Shown: one piece after another, positions 50,701-60,970 of the stretch | How the letters are laid out: each line of letters starts with the position of its first letter | How positions within the stretch are numbered: position 1 is the stretch's first letter | Assembly: GCA_965242925.1 (NCBI GenBank) | Contig: CBDEUM010000029.1 | Coordinates: 128,001-192,000 of the forward strand | DNA: 64,000 bases | Direction of reading: 5' to 3' | Origin: Roseibacillus sp. | GTDB taxonomy: Bacteria; Verrucomicrobiota; Verrucomicrobiia; Verrucomicrobiales; Akkermansiaceae | Notes under the pieces: generated by a model | Seen by the model: the letters and a program-made list of their open reading frames with translations, nothing else | Database searches by the model: none | What the model was told of the DNA's origin: nothing | Made by a program: the position numbers and the translations under genes

Positions 50701-50823
50701 GGTAAACTCGTGAAGGGTGTTCTGATCGGAGCGCAGAATGCTCGTGATCCTGTCCTGCCCACTGAGGGGGAGGGAGAGAATCAGGAAGAGGGTTGTGGCA
50801 AGGGTGCGAACGATGAAGGGCAT
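47785..50823 (-). CDS. Large secreted beta-helix repeat protein with choice-of-anchor-U-like domain
   Basis: TLRAAL, IDGTTQPG, repeated GN...GI units, DTDGDGISD, WYDFSYDGTTGA...FVDGRRGDHDLTVNG. Confidence 0.8.
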   Translation of the reverse strand: MPFIVRTLATTLFLILSLPLSGQDRITSILRSDQNTLHEFTILNNRPAAREFVIKAVENTETSWAVVYLANNLENITSGILSPAGVTLSVDPGAGGLTIQAAFFGAGTPEHSIRTTTLTATPVDGNSLPQSRTFRVRMLSFLIVNDDRDLGDPDPLDEWLDADPATPGEQITLRAALELANRREGLDTIGFNMPVGENPRITLQSPLPEATGSILIDGTTQPGPGSFAVEISGKNLPEGNSSDGLVLSGGDSTLRGLSFTRFRSAAFGGIPGPAAPNPSGILLKGGGGNRIEDCYLGLAPVGETGAGNEGYGIRIECPGNVISNCHIAGNWVGGIGVFGPEATGNTISTTVGGSFPGTHSSNLLGPGIAFGNLLLSPSPRTSMPSFAALDSNLANSSIHFTSLNETSPWESIAAGFLGGIVLHQAPGNTITECRVQGNGADGIRVIGDASGTTLSNNITGARLTPFSLRNAGNGIALECDHAVLEGNETHCNLRSGVLVRGIGNELKGLRSSENGECGVHCEGRQTLIGGSLLADRGQIYSNPTGILLTSPPGPVSYIPGLNRVHGNLIGAQAPFGPEAPVPRPNLRGIHILDSSDNRIGGRPQSLEANNIVHNHLEGILVSGGGNNRLHGNFIADNGHLDIDLSTGPEGDGRDAPDPDDLDEGGNHKINPPVLQRVVQDGNTVQCVGHLPGASAGSYQLEIVFSMPTTTVFGSQYSEIIPLNHTSPVIPFTFDLQSAIDLRGSHIRASITNSSLNTSEYSEWIRIEGPTDTDGDGISDSLEEGLATGDANEDGVPDARQGHVASFPVLLSGSLTIATSEGMTMRSVSAESLLALPPLTSQEFPHEIWHFDLVGLPNGGSVTVAVLASSEQLGDGFHGFGPTPDNPVPHWYDFSYDGTTGAQIDGDRMLLHFVDGRRGDHDLTVNGILTSRGGSTNALPPLPDPSFRVLPDGSVTISWPLLPEAGQFFLQESPRPDQFPWSFSPAPVLEAAGFNVVRVIPVGDRRLLRLVRP

Positions 50824-50997
50824 TCCCGACGGTAACTAGTGGTAAATAGGCCGAGCGAGACTCTGGCGCAGGTCCTGGGTCAGGCAAGTCTTGAAAAGGA
50901 AGGAGCCGGATGGGGCGGGAACAGCACATGAAGGGGTGAGGGCGGGGAATGCTCTTTTCTTGCGGTCATCGGGGGAATGGCGTAACGCCTCGGGACC

Positions 50998-53670
50998 ATG
51001 AAGCGAAAACTCGTCTGGATTCTCTCGTTACTTGCCTTGCCAGTCCTGGCACAGGAGGAAGTGGATGCCGTGGCCGAGGGCAAGCAGGCCTTTGCCACCT
51101 ACGGATGCATCACCTGCCATGTGGTGGACAAGAATGATAACTCGTTGCGGACAGGACCGAGTCTTTATGGTCTTTTCGTCAATGATCCCCGGGAGCGCGA
51201 GGTGAGTGTCCCCGGAACCGAGGGGAAGAAAAAGGTGAAGGCGGACAGGTCCTATTACCAGGACTCGGTGCGCAAGTCCACCGATGTGCTGGCCATTGCG
51301 GAGAGCGGGGAAACGAAGGGGACGGCCTATCCCGCCGCCATGCCGATGTATACTGCGGAGGTTATTTCCGACCAGGCGGTGGAACACATTTTCCACTATC
51401 TGCGGACCCTTGCCGACGAGGGTCAGACAGGGCCCCGGGTGGTCAAGGTGAAGCTCGACAGGAAAGCGCAGCCTAAAAATCTTCTTGAGGTTGGAGGAGA
51501 AGTGGTGGTAGCCGGGCGCACGCGGGTGTTTCGGGCGCCTATCACCAAGTCGAGCGGACGGGCGGTTCACGTGGGATTGCCTAACGGGATGAACTACACC
51601 TTCGATTCGCGCACCCTCTCAGTGCGAAACGTCTGGGGTGGTGGGTTTCTCAATCTCAATGAAGAGCGCCGCGGTCGGGGGCAGCCCAATTCCCGTCGGG
51701 GACAGGGTAACCAGACCTTTATCGAGGGTCTTGGAATCCTGCGGCCGGTGCTGGGCGGAGCGCCGGTGGACTTCGAGTTCAAGGAACCGGACGTCAAGGA
51801 TCACAAGAATGTCGAGAAGTGGCTGTGGGAAGACCGCGATTTTCCCGAACTCCTTGCCTCGGTGGATGCCAATTACCACGGCCACAGCCTGGAGTCCTCG
51901 ACAGGTGACCCGGTCTTCCGTTTCCGGGTGGGGCGCAACGAGTTCCTGCAGGCAGTGCGCTTTGCGGAGGACGGACGACTGGAGATCGGTCTGCGAGCGA
52001 ACCTGAAGGACGCCCAGACCTTCCAGGTCTCGGAGGCCGGGTTAACCGAGATGACGGTCAAGGGGGGCAAGCTGGCCAACGGGAAGTGGACCCTTCCGGC
52101 GGGGCCTGCCCGGGGCTATACCTTCAGTGCGCGACTGCAGAGGGCCTTGGTCGCCCGCCCCTTCATCGACAGGGAGGAACACTGGGGGGAGCAACCGGTT
52201 GTGCGCAACAAGAACAAGGCAGGCAAGAAGATGATGGAGGTGCCTCCCGGATATTCGTTTGAAAACTGGGAGTCTCCCAAGGACATCTACGGTCGGGATC
52301 AGCTCTTTGAGCCCACCGGGATCGCGGTGGCCAAGGACGGGACGATCGTGGTGGCCACGCGGACAGCCGGAATCTGGCGGATCCGCAACGACAAGTGGAC
52401 GAAGTTTGCGGAAGGCACCTACGAGTGCCTGGGCGTGGTGATCGAGGACGACAAGGGCGACCAGTTCGTGGTCATGCAGAAGCCCGAGTTGACCCGCATG
52501 AAAGACAGCAATGGTGACGGGCGCGGTGACAGTTTCGAGACGGTGTGCGACGACTACGGGTTCCACGGGAACTATCACGAGTACGCCCACGGCCCTGCGC
52601 GCGACAAGGAGGGCAACTACTACTTCTCCCTGAATCTCTCGCACGGTGGAAACGAGCGGACCTCCTGGCGGGCCGGCGGCCCCTTCATGGGATCGATGGG
52701 TGGATATCGTGGCTGGGCTTGTCGGGTCACCCCCGCGGGCAAGTTCGAACCCTACGCCAGTGGGCTGCGGAGCCCTGCCGGAATCGGGGTCGATCCCGCC
52801 GGGCGGCTGTGGTACTCCGAAAACCAGGGTGAGTATGTGGGCTCCTCCAAGGTGGTGCCCTTGGAGAAGGGAAAATTCTACGGACACCTCTCAGGGTTGC
52901 TGACCCTGCCCGGGAAAATGAAGCCGGACTCGGCCGAACTGAAATTCGACAAGTGGAAGGACAAGATTCGCAAGGGGGCGGTGTGGCTGCCACACGGAAT
53001 GGTGGCCAATGCACCGGGCAACCCGGCCTGGGATACGACGGGCGGGAAGTTTGGGCCGTTCAAGGGGCAGATGTTCATGGGCGACCAGACGCTCTCCAAT
53101 CTCTTCCGGGTGGTAACCGAGCAGGTCAACGGGATCGATCAGGGATGTGTCATTCCCTTCGGACGGTTCTTTGCCTCCGGAGTGATGCGTCCGGTCTTCC
53201 TGCCGGACGGTAGTCTACTGGTGGGTCAGACGGGACGGGGCTGGGGCGCCTGGGGCGGCCAGCAGGCCAGCCTGCAGCGTATCGTCTATGATGGAAAGAC
53301 GGTGGCCGCGGCCATCCACCATGCCAAGGCGGCCAAAAACGGATTTCTTCTGAAACTCACCCAACCGGTAGGGCAGGCGGTCAGTGAAGAGCAGCTGGCG
53401 GACAAGCTCAAGGTCCGGTCCTGGTTCTACACCAACACGGGACGTTACGGCTCACCCCGGCACGAGGAGCGTGAAGATGCCATCGACCGCGTGCACATTG
53501 ATGACGACCGCAAGAACGTGCTGGTCGTGATGAAGGACTTCGGGTCCGGTGACAGGAAGTGGCTGGACCGGCTCTATCACATCGAGATCCCGGACACCAA
53601 GGAGCTCTTCGGAGCTGCACCGGTGATGGATTCGATGCGGGCCTACTTCACTCTGCGAATCATCCCATGA
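50998..53670 (+). CDS. Cytochrome c fused to a sorbosone-dehydrogenase-like beta-propeller
   Basis: Signal peptide, CITCH...TGPSLYG...MP; NYHEYAHGP, GLRSPAG, ENQG. Confidence 0.75.
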   Translation: MKRKLVWILSLLALPVLAQEEVDAVAEGKQAFATYGCITCHVVDKNDNSLRTGPSLYGLFVNDPREREVSVPGTEGKKKVKADRSYYQDSVRKSTDVLAIAESGETKGTAYPAAMPMYTAEVISDQAVEHIFHYLRTLADEGQTGPRVVKVKLDRKAQPKNLLEVGGEVVVAGRTRVFRAPITKSSGRAVHVGLPNGMNYTFDSRTLSVRNVWGGGFLNLNEERRGRGQPNSRRGQGNQTFIEGLGILRPVLGGAPVDFEFKEPDVKDHKNVEKWLWEDRDFPELLASVDANYHGHSLESSTGDPVFRFRVGRNEFLQAVRFAEDGRLEIGLRANLKDAQTFQVSEAGLTEMTVKGGKLANGKWTLPAGPARGYTFSARLQRALVARPFIDREEHWGEQPVVRNKNKAGKKMMEVPPGYSFENWESPKDIYGRDQLFEPTGIAVAKDGTIVVATRTAGIWRIRNDKWTKFAEGTYECLGVVIEDDKGDQFVVMQKPELTRMKDSNGDGRGDSFETVCDDYGFHGNYHEYAHGPARDKEGNYYFSLNLSHGGNERTSWRAGGPFMGSMGGYRGWACRVTPAGKFEPYASGLRSPAGIGVDPAGRLWYSENQGEYVGSSKVVPLEKGKFYGHLSGLLTLPGKMKPDSAELKFDKWKDKIRKGAVWLPHGMVANAPGNPAWDTTGGKFGPFKGQMFMGDQTLSNLFRVVTEQVNGIDQGCVIPFGRFFASGVMRPVFLPDGSLLVGQTGRGWGAWGGQQASLQRIVYDGKTVAAAIHHAKAAKNGFLLKLTQPVGQAVSEEQLADKLKVRSWFYTNTGRYGSPRHEEREDAIDRVHIDDDRKNVLVVMKDFGSGDRKWLDRLYHIEIPDTKELFGAAPVMDSMRAYFTLRIIP

Positions 53671-53709
53671 ACCTGGTGGCGCCTGGAATGCGCCGCCAGC
53701 TTTCCCCGA

Positions 53710-54798
53710 TTACTTTGCGGGCACACGCCCCAGGCCGAACTCGCAGCTGATCCTGACCACCTTGCCTTCATCGAGATGAACCTCGATGAACTTGGAGGAG
53801 GCGAACGGGTTGCCATCCTGATCCTTCAGGGTGGCGATCACCTCCCGGGTCTTCACATCAAAGACGTCGGGGGTGTGGCAGTAACCGTATTTCCCGTCCA
53901 GCGAGAAGCACACCCAGCCGTGACCTCCGATGCTGAGGTCAAGGTGGCCGGATTGCTTGGGAGGCATGACGGTCATGTCGAAGGTGTAGAGACGCTTGCC
54001 GTCCTGATCGGAAAGCCAGAGCTGGGTTTCGTCGGGTGTCATGCCGGCCCCATGCGTGCGATGTTTGATCACTTTCCCGGTGTCCGGGTCGATGGCCTTG
54101 ACCCGGTGGATCACCTTGCCGGCCGTGAGATCGACCACATCGACCCCGATGTGGGCTCCAAGGCAGACGTAGGCATGTGAATTGTCGTACTTTACGGTAT
54201 AGGGAAAGACGCCTCGTTCCCCCACCGGCTCGATGCTCTGAAGAATCCTGCCGGTTCTGGCGTCGAGCTGGGTGAGTTTGGTGGTGGTGCCGAGATAGAT
54301 GTAGTTTCCCTTCAGGCTGGCGATGCTGTTGTGGGCGGCACTGCCCACCTTGATGGTCTTGAGGGGGTCTCCGGTCCTAGGATCGATGACAAGGAAGCCG
54401 CTGTCGTCCCCGCGGTACCACCACCCGGTGGGAGCGTAGATGGTCTTACCGTCGGGTGTGATGCAGCTGCGGTCGCAGCCCCGGTCATAGGTTCGGTTCC
54501 ATATGACTTTCCCGCTTTCGATGTCAAAGCAGCCCATCCGGCGGTTGGTGGTGCCGAAGTAGAGTCGCTTGGTGGCGGTGCATCCGGTGAATCCGCGCAC
54601 TCCCTCCTTCATGTCCGGAATCTCGATGCGGCGAACGAACTTGTGACCGTTGTCGATGTCGAAAACGAGAATGCCGGCCCCGGACTTGCCCTCGCGCTGG
54701 GCACCATCCGGGGTGGCGCAGTAGAGGTAGCGGCGGACTTCGGCAGAGGTAGAGGAAAGCGCGAAGAGGACGAAGCTGAGAGCGAGGATGATTTTCAT
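53710..54798 (-). CDS. Secreted YncE-like beta-propeller protein
   Basis: Signal peptide, ITPDGK, MTPDET, FSLDGK blades. Confidence 0.75.
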   Translation of the reverse strand: MKIILALSFVLFALSSTSAEVRRYLYCATPDGAQREGKSGAGILVFDIDNGHKFVRRIEIPDMKEGVRGFTGCTATKRLYFGTTNRRMGCFDIESGKVIWNRTYDRGCDRSCITPDGKTIYAPTGWWYRGDDSGFLVIDPRTGDPLKTIKVGSAAHNSIASLKGNYIYLGTTTKLTQLDARTGRILQSIEPVGERGVFPYTVKYDNSHAYVCLGAHIGVDVVDLTAGKVIHRVKAIDPDTGKVIKHRTHGAGMTPDETQLWLSDQDGKRLYTFDMTVMPPKQSGHLDLSIGGHGWVCFSLDGKYGYCHTPDVFDVKTREVIATLKDQDGNPFASSKFIEVHLDEGKVVRISCEFGLGRVPAK

Positions 54799-54810
54799 GA
54801 GACGAGGAAC

Positions 54811-55734
54811 TCAATTGAGTGGGAGTCGGTAGGCTGTTGCAGCGTTCTTCCAATAGTAGTTTTCACGGGCCTCCTGGCCCTTTCCGGAGATCCAGGCGTC
54901 AACCAGCCTGAGGAAGCTGCCATAGGATCCGCTGTGCTTGGTGCAGGGCCAGTTGGATCCGTAGACCAGGCGGTCCCTACCAAAGTTCTTCCAGAGCACC
55001 TCAAGAACCGCCTGGTAGTGGGCGGGATCCTTCACGGCAGGCTGAGTCGCACAGCGTTGGTAGAGGCCTGAGATCTTGCAGTAGACGTTCTTGTTGGCGG
55101 CCAGGCTCTCGACAGCCGCAATCCAGTCCTTCCCCGGTGGTTTGCCGTCAAAGTCGTATCCGAGGCAGTGGTCGATCACGATGGTCAGATTCGGGATGCT
55201 GTGTGCCAGCTTGTCAGCGATCCTGATCCCCGGGATGCCCCCTCCGTTGGTGAGGTAGTCCATGGTGAGCTCGCGCTGGGCCAGCATGTTGAGATTGGAG
55301 AGGACAAGGTCGTGGGTGAAGTCGATGGCCTTGGGACCGCGGGCCCGGACCCCGACAAAACGCCTGTCCTTTTTCAACCGCGCAACGTGCTGGTCAAAGT
55401 CTTCCCGATAGACGTCCACATTTCCGACAAGACCAATGTAGAACTGATCCTCCTTGACCAGGTCGAGAACCCATTTGTTGTCCTCCAGGCGATCGCTGGC
55501 CTCCACGATGACCACCCCGGTGACGCCGGCGGCCCTGGCCAGTTTGTTGTATTCCGGGGGAAGATGGGGCTTATAGAGCACCTTGTCGTCAGCGGGGGGC
55601 CAGCCAACCTTCTTTTCCCTCGTTGTGTCGTAGAGGTGGATGTGGGTGTCGATGAGGTGCTTGACGGGCTTGATCTCAGCACCTGACAACTGGGAACCAA
55701 GCAGGACGGAGCAGAGGACGCGGGCAGTTTTCAT
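54811..55734 (-). CDS. Amidohydrolase_2 family protein with possible signal peptide
   Basis: IDTHIH, VIDH, CKISG, YGSNWP. Confidence 0.88.
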   Translation of the reverse strand: MKTARVLCSVLLGSQLSGAEIKPVKHLIDTHIHLYDTTREKKVGWPPADDKVLYKPHLPPEYNKLARAAGVTGVVIVEASDRLEDNKWVLDLVKEDQFYIGLVGNVDVYREDFDQHVARLKKDRRFVGVRARGPKAIDFTHDLVLSNLNMLAQRELTMDYLTNGGGIPGIRIADKLAHSIPNLTIVIDHCLGYDFDGKPPGKDWIAAVESLAANKNVYCKISGLYQRCATQPAVKDPAHYQAVLEVLWKNFGRDRLVYGSNWPCTKHSGSYGSFLRLVDAWISGKGQEARENYYWKNAATAYRLPLN

Positions 55735-55798
55735 TCTTGATGGGGATGGGATACTGGCCACCGGTTGGGGATCAGCGGCTACCTGTCATGCCGCACAC

Positions 55799-57148
55799 TT
55801 ACTCTCCTGTTCCCCCGGTCCATTTCTCGGTCTGGAAGGGAGAGGCCGGAAGGCCGGCCCGGTTGATCAGGTTGGGATTGGCCACCTTGTGCCAGCCGAA
55901 GCGCACCTGGGTGGGACTCTTGATACTTTCTGCACTTACCAGCACGAATTTCCCTTCGATCTTGGCCTTGGCGTCTACGAATTGCCCATCCGCTCCCGCG
56001 ATCTTGAATTCATTGAGATCCTGTCCGTCGCGCGACTTGAGGCCGTCAGAATGAGCGAAGGCGAGGCGGATTCTACCGCCTTCCACCTTCATGGCCTTGT
56101 AGAGCGGTCCGGAATAGACCACCCCCTTTTTCTGGTAATGCCTGGCCAGAGCCCAGCGGGCGAGGCGGTCCCCCACGTCATGTTTGTTGCGGGGGTGAAT
56201 GTCCCCGATGTTGTGGACGATGTCAGTGGTCACGGCCATTCCGGTGTGAGGGAGCTTGAGGGTGGCGCACTGGGCTTCCCAGAGGGCGGGCAGCTGGCCG
56301 GGAGCGTAGCCCCCGCTCCAGGGAGCAATCTGCACGAAGTAGAAAGGCATGTTCCCGTTGTTGAAGACGCGACGCCATCCCTCGATGAGATCCTTCATCT
56401 TGCCGGTGTAAGCGAGACCGTTTTTGTGGAGGCAGTTGGTTTCGCCCTGGTACCAGATCGTGCCGGTGACCGGGAAGTTCACGATCGGGGCGATCATTCC
56501 GTTGTACATTTTCCCGGAACCCTTGTCGGTGACGGTCCAGGGCTCGATGGGAGAACCGCCCCATGAGCTGTTGATCAATCCGATGGGAACTTTCTGGTCG
56601 GCGTGAACAGTCTTGCCGAAATGGTAGAGGACAGCGGAGAAGCTTGGGATAGTGGACGAGGTGCAGGGCTTCCACTGGGCTTCCACGTCGGTCTGCGGTG
56701 TATCGAACTGTTTCTTGGGGATGTGGAAGAGGCGGATCCCCGGGTGGTTGGCGTCCTTGACGAACTCATCCTTGCGTTCGCTCCCGTTCAGGTTCCATTC
56801 CATGTTGGACTGTCCGGATCCAATCCAGACGTCTCCAATGAGGATGTTTTCAAGGACGATGGTATTCTTCCCCTTGATGGTCATCTTGTGGGACTTGCCA
56901 CCATCGGACTTGAGGGAAGGCAGGACGATCTCCCAGGAGCCGTCCTCGTCGGTGGTGGCGGTGAAGGTGCGCGGGCCGAACTTGATGGAGACCTTTTCCC
57001 CCTCATCAGCAGATCCCCAGATGTGGAGGGGGGCGCCACGTTGCAGCACCATGTGATTGCCGAAGATGTTGGGAAGCTCGACGTCGGCATTTCCCGTGAG
57101 CGGCAGGAAGCCAGCGAGAAGAGTGAACAGGGCGTGTGTATATTTCAT
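55799..57148 (-). CDS. Sialate O-acetylesterase (SGNH/SASA)
   Basis: MVLQR, GQSNM, WYQGETN, DIHP, GLPASPF. Confidence 0.92.
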   Translation of the reverse strand: MKYTHALFTLLAGFLPLTGNADVELPNIFGNHMVLQRGAPLHIWGSADEGEKVSIKFGPRTFTATTDEDGSWEIVLPSLKSDGGKSHKMTIKGKNTIVLENILIGDVWIGSGQSNMEWNLNGSERKDEFVKDANHPGIRLFHIPKKQFDTPQTDVEAQWKPCTSSTIPSFSAVLYHFGKTVHADQKVPIGLINSSWGGSPIEPWTVTDKGSGKMYNGMIAPIVNFPVTGTIWYQGETNCLHKNGLAYTGKMKDLIEGWRRVFNNGNMPFYFVQIAPWSGGYAPGQLPALWEAQCATLKLPHTGMAVTTDIVHNIGDIHPRNKHDVGDRLARWALARHYQKKGVVYSGPLYKAMKVEGGRIRLAFAHSDGLKSRDGQDLNEFKIAGADGQFVDAKAKIEGKFVLVSAESIKSPTQVRFGWHKVANPNLINRAGLPASPFQTEKWTGGTGE

Positions 57149-57201
57149 GGTAGCCTTGGTTCCTAGAGGGAAAGGAGACCGGGCACCAGCGGAAAGGGTG
57201 C

Positions 57202-58443
57202 CTACTTGTGGCTGATTTCAGAGAGCTTCCAGGTGCGATCGGTGGCGACCTTCCTGTTGCCCATGATGATGCGCACGCGCATGGAGGGATCGTTCCCGGT
57301 AGTGTCGAAATCGACAGCCGCAAAACTGAGGTTGCCGCTGTTGGCGATCCCGGAGGAGATCACCTCTACCAGAGGGTAGCCCACCCGGGTTGATTCGGGG
57401 TGTTGCCAGACGAGGGAGTTGTGGATGTCGCCCGACATGTAGACGACCCCATTGATCCTGTTGGTCTTGACTGCATCGAAAAGTCGGTGACGGGAAAAAG
57501 TATAGATCCTCCATCCATCACCCTTGCTGTGATCGAGAGTGCTGCCGGAGGCGATGACCTTGAATTTGGCCCTGGAGGCCTTGAGGCCTTCGAGGAGCCA
57601 GTTGAACTGGGCGTCGCCGAGCATGCGCTTCTTGGCGTCGTCGGGGGCCTTGTCCGGACTTCGATGGTAGCGGCCATCGACCAAAAAGAAGTCCACTTCC
57701 CCCCAGCTGAATTTGAAGAAGGCACCCGGGGTGGCCGCAGTGCCCGCGGAGGGATTGCTCCAGAACTGTTTCCAGCCAGCGAGGGACTGTTCCTTCCCCC
57801 TGGCAGTTTTGTCAGAATCGTTGGGACCGTAATCATGGTCGTCCCACATGGCGTAGGTGGGAATATTGCGGATGACGGCCGCAAACTCCGGGACTCGTCG
57901 ATAGCGCAGGTGGTGCCCCCACTGTTCGGCGGGATCGGTGGTGTCGGCGTAGTGGGTGTCGCCCACCGTGAGATGGAGGTGTGGTTTCTCGGCGCGGAGG
58001 AGGTTCCAGGATCCCTGTGGTTGCCCGAACTTCATGCAGGAGGTGAGAACCATGCGGAACTTGTGGGGCGTGCCGGGCTGGGGCGGGGTTCGGAAGGAGC
58101 CCTGCAGGGTCCCGGCGGTTTCCCCGTCCACCTTCACTCCGTAGTGGTAGAAGGTGTCGGGGTTGAGGTCGGTGAGAGTTGCAGTCTGGAGGATTCCCAC
58201 CACCTTTCCGACCGGTTTATTGATGGGAGTGAACTTCAGCGGCGTGTTGAACACCTTGGCGGCATCGGGGGAGGCAAAGATCTCGCACTTGGCACCCGGG
58301 GAAGCGAAGAACCAGATACTCGCGGAGGTTGGCGTGACGGTGCCGACGAGGGGACCGGCCGTTCCCTCCGGAGCGGCCGGGAGGGGAGAGCAGGGAAGGA
58401 TCAGGAAGAGGGCTGCGCAGCCCATGCTGAAGAGCAATTTCAT
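57202..58443 (-). CDS. Alkaline phosphatase D family protein
   Basis: GDTHYAD, WDDHDYG, DGRYHR, SGDIH. Confidence 0.88.
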   Translation of the reverse strand: MKLLFSMGCAALFLILPCSPLPAAPEGTAGPLVGTVTPTSASIWFFASPGAKCEIFASPDAAKVFNTPLKFTPINKPVGKVVGILQTATLTDLNPDTFYHYGVKVDGETAGTLQGSFRTPPQPGTPHKFRMVLTSCMKFGQPQGSWNLLRAEKPHLHLTVGDTHYADTTDPAEQWGHHLRYRRVPEFAAVIRNIPTYAMWDDHDYGPNDSDKTARGKEQSLAGWKQFWSNPSAGTAATPGAFFKFSWGEVDFFLVDGRYHRSPDKAPDDAKKRMLGDAQFNWLLEGLKASRAKFKVIASGSTLDHSKGDGWRIYTFSRHRLFDAVKTNRINGVVYMSGDIHNSLVWQHPESTRVGYPLVEVISSGIANSGNLSFAAVDFDTTGNDPSMRVRIIMGNRKVATDRTWKLSEISHK

Positions 58444-58466
58444 GAGGTGGTGGAGTGGTTGGATGG

Positions 58467-60829
58467 TCAGGGATAAAGGAGATGTTTCCTGCGTCGATCT
58501 GCAAAGGCATCCAGGTCTTGCTGCCATTCGGCGATGATGGAGGAATGAGGGAGCTGGTTCAGGATAGCGTGTTCAGTGGCAGGGTGGCGGAGAAGGGTGT
58601 TGAGCTTCTCGGTCTTCCACTCGGCAGGGTAGAGTTGCCGAAAGAGCTTGAGCCATGGCAAGACCTAGTTCTACGGAAGGGCACTTGGCCGGATTCTTGA
58701 GGAGGATCCGCACCCCGCCGCATTCTTCGCCTTCGAACATGCTGGTCTCCGGGGTGAAGTGTATTGGGAATGAACTGCAAGCCCGGGAGTTCGACGGTGG
58801 TGAGTTGGTCGGCAAGATCCTCGGGTACGATATAGGGGGCACCCACAATTTCGAAGGGGAGTTTGGTTCCCCGGCCTACCGAGAGATTGGTGAATTCAAG
58901 GAGGCCGAGACCGGGGTAGAGAGTGGCGGCAGTGAGATTGGGCATGTTTGGCGAGGGTTTGACCCAGGGCAGTCCGGTCTCATCGAAGCGCATGGAGCGC
59001 TTCCAGTGGCGCAGGGGCACCACCTTGAGATCGAGTTGCGGGAAGCGCTCACTTTGGTACAGTTTGGCGATCTCTCCCGCCGTCATGCCGTGCTGCACCG
59101 GGATCTCATGGAATGCCACGAACTTGCTTTCGCCGTCGCGGAGGGGTCCCGCTACCTTTGATCCGCCGATAGGATTGATGCGGTCGAGCACGATAAACTT
59201 GATCCCGGCTTCTTCCGCGGCCTCCATGGCGAGGCCCATGGTGGAGATGTAGGTGTAGAACCGGCATCCGATGTCCTGCATGTCAAAGACGAGGGCGTCG
59301 ACCTCGGCGAGGTGCTCTTTCATGGGTTTGCGCCGGTCCTTTCCGGCATAGAGGCTGCGCACCGGCAGGCCGGTCGTATCGTCCACCCCGTCTTCCACCT
59401 TCCCCGTCCCGGCTCCCGCGGATGCCGTGCTCGGGTCCGAAGAGAGATACCAGGTTCACTTCCTTGGCCGCATGCCAGGAGGTCAATGGTGGTTCTGCGA
59501 TCGCGACTCATTCCGCTCGGGTTGGTGATAAGGCCCACCCGCAGGTCCTTGAGGGCACCAAACTTTTCGGCTACGAGGACGTCGATGCCATTGAGGACGT
59601 TGCCGGCGGGGCGTTGAACCCTGTCTAGGGCTTTTTTTCGTTCCTTTTCGCTGAGATCCGGCAACGCCCCGGTGACGTTTCTGAAATCGAATCCGGTCGC
59701 TTGGGCAGCCAGGGTTCCAAGGCGGTAGCGGAGGCTCAGGACGTTGCCACCGGAGGGGTGATTGCGGTTGCTCAGGAAGATGATGGAGGTCCTGCTGAAG
59801 GGGTCGATCCAGAGCGAGGTGCCGGTCCACCCGGAGTGGCCGAAGGAGCCGCGCGGGAAGAGTTTTCCCCGGGGACCGGCATAGGGCGAGTCAATGTCGA
59901 ATCCGAGTCCACGCCGTGCGGTGATAAACTCTGGTGATTGCACCGTTTGCATAAGCTTTACCGTCTCTGGTCTGAGGATCCGGATACCATCCAGCTCACC
60001 GCGGTTGAGAATCATGCGGGTGTAGCGAGCGAGATCGTGAGCGGTGGTAAAGAGGCGGCCGGCGTGTCCCGCCTCGCCTCCCATCGCCCGGGCGGTGGGA
60101 TCGTGCACTACGCCACGGAGCACGCTTCCATCTTCCATGCGGGTGGTGGGCGCGATTCGCGCGAGTTTTTCGTCTGCTGGCCGGAAGCCCGTGTCGGTCA
60201 TCCCGAGAGGGCCGAACACGGATTCCTGAGCATAGAGCGAGAGGGGCCGCATGGTGATCCGTTCTACGATTTCCCCAAGAAGGATGAAATTGATGTCGCT
60301 GTAGCGGTAGGCACAGCCGGCGTGACCGAATGAGGCCTCGCTGGTGGCCAGGGCGATCCCGGCGGCATGGCCCCTGCCAGTCATAACCACGGCGAATGCC
60401 CGGGAGGAGACCGCTGGTGTGAGTGAGGAGGTGGCGAATGGTGACGGCGGCCTTGTTGGGATCCCCGGTGAGCTCGGGAAGGAACCTGCTGACCTTGTCT
60501 TCCAGGGTCAGTTTATTCTCTTCAATGAGCTTCAGGATGCAGGGTGTGGTGGCTACCACCTTGGTCAGGGAAGCGGCGTCGAAGATCGTGTTGACGGTCA
60601 TGGCCTCGCTTGCGGGGACAGTGACCCGCTTTCCGTAAGCTTTCCGGTAAACTTCTTCCTGGCGTTCCAGCCACAGTACGCCACCGGGTAGCCGCTTGCC
60701 CTTGATCGAGCTCAGGACCGCGCGGTCCATTTTCCGGAGGATCTCAGAACGGAGGACCGAGGAATCCGGTGCAGTGGTCTGGCCTGGCATGGACAGAACC
60801 AGAATGAAAAAAAACCCGACGATTCGCAT
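58467..60829 (-). CDS. Serine hydrolase (beta-lactamase fold) + NamZ/DUF1343 exo-beta-N-acetylmuramidase fusion, five apparent +1 frameshifts
   Basis: ASLTK, LLTHTSG, YSD, GHSGWTG; GLITN, PEHG, DMQDIGCRFYTY, LDRINP, PSPNMP, spread over successive frames. Confidence 0.85.
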
Positions 60830-60970
60830 GGACTACAGTTTTGGTGAACGGGGGAACTTTCAGGAGGTTACCCGGGTTCCATCGCTTTGTCTCCCCGCTA
60901 ACAACAAGGCGGCGGCTTCCCGGAATCCCGAAGGCCGCGGCGCTGGATCCCAATGCGGGTGATCCTGCGT

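Noticed and set aside
58467..60829. Programmed ribosomal frameshifting or phase variation
   Set aside because: Five same-sign shifts in 2-4 nt runs with no slippery heptamer; sequencing error is simpler
60744..60970. C-terminal extension of the dikinase overlapping the next gene
   Set aside because: Disappears when one base near 60987 is removed, restoring QARPWVY-stop
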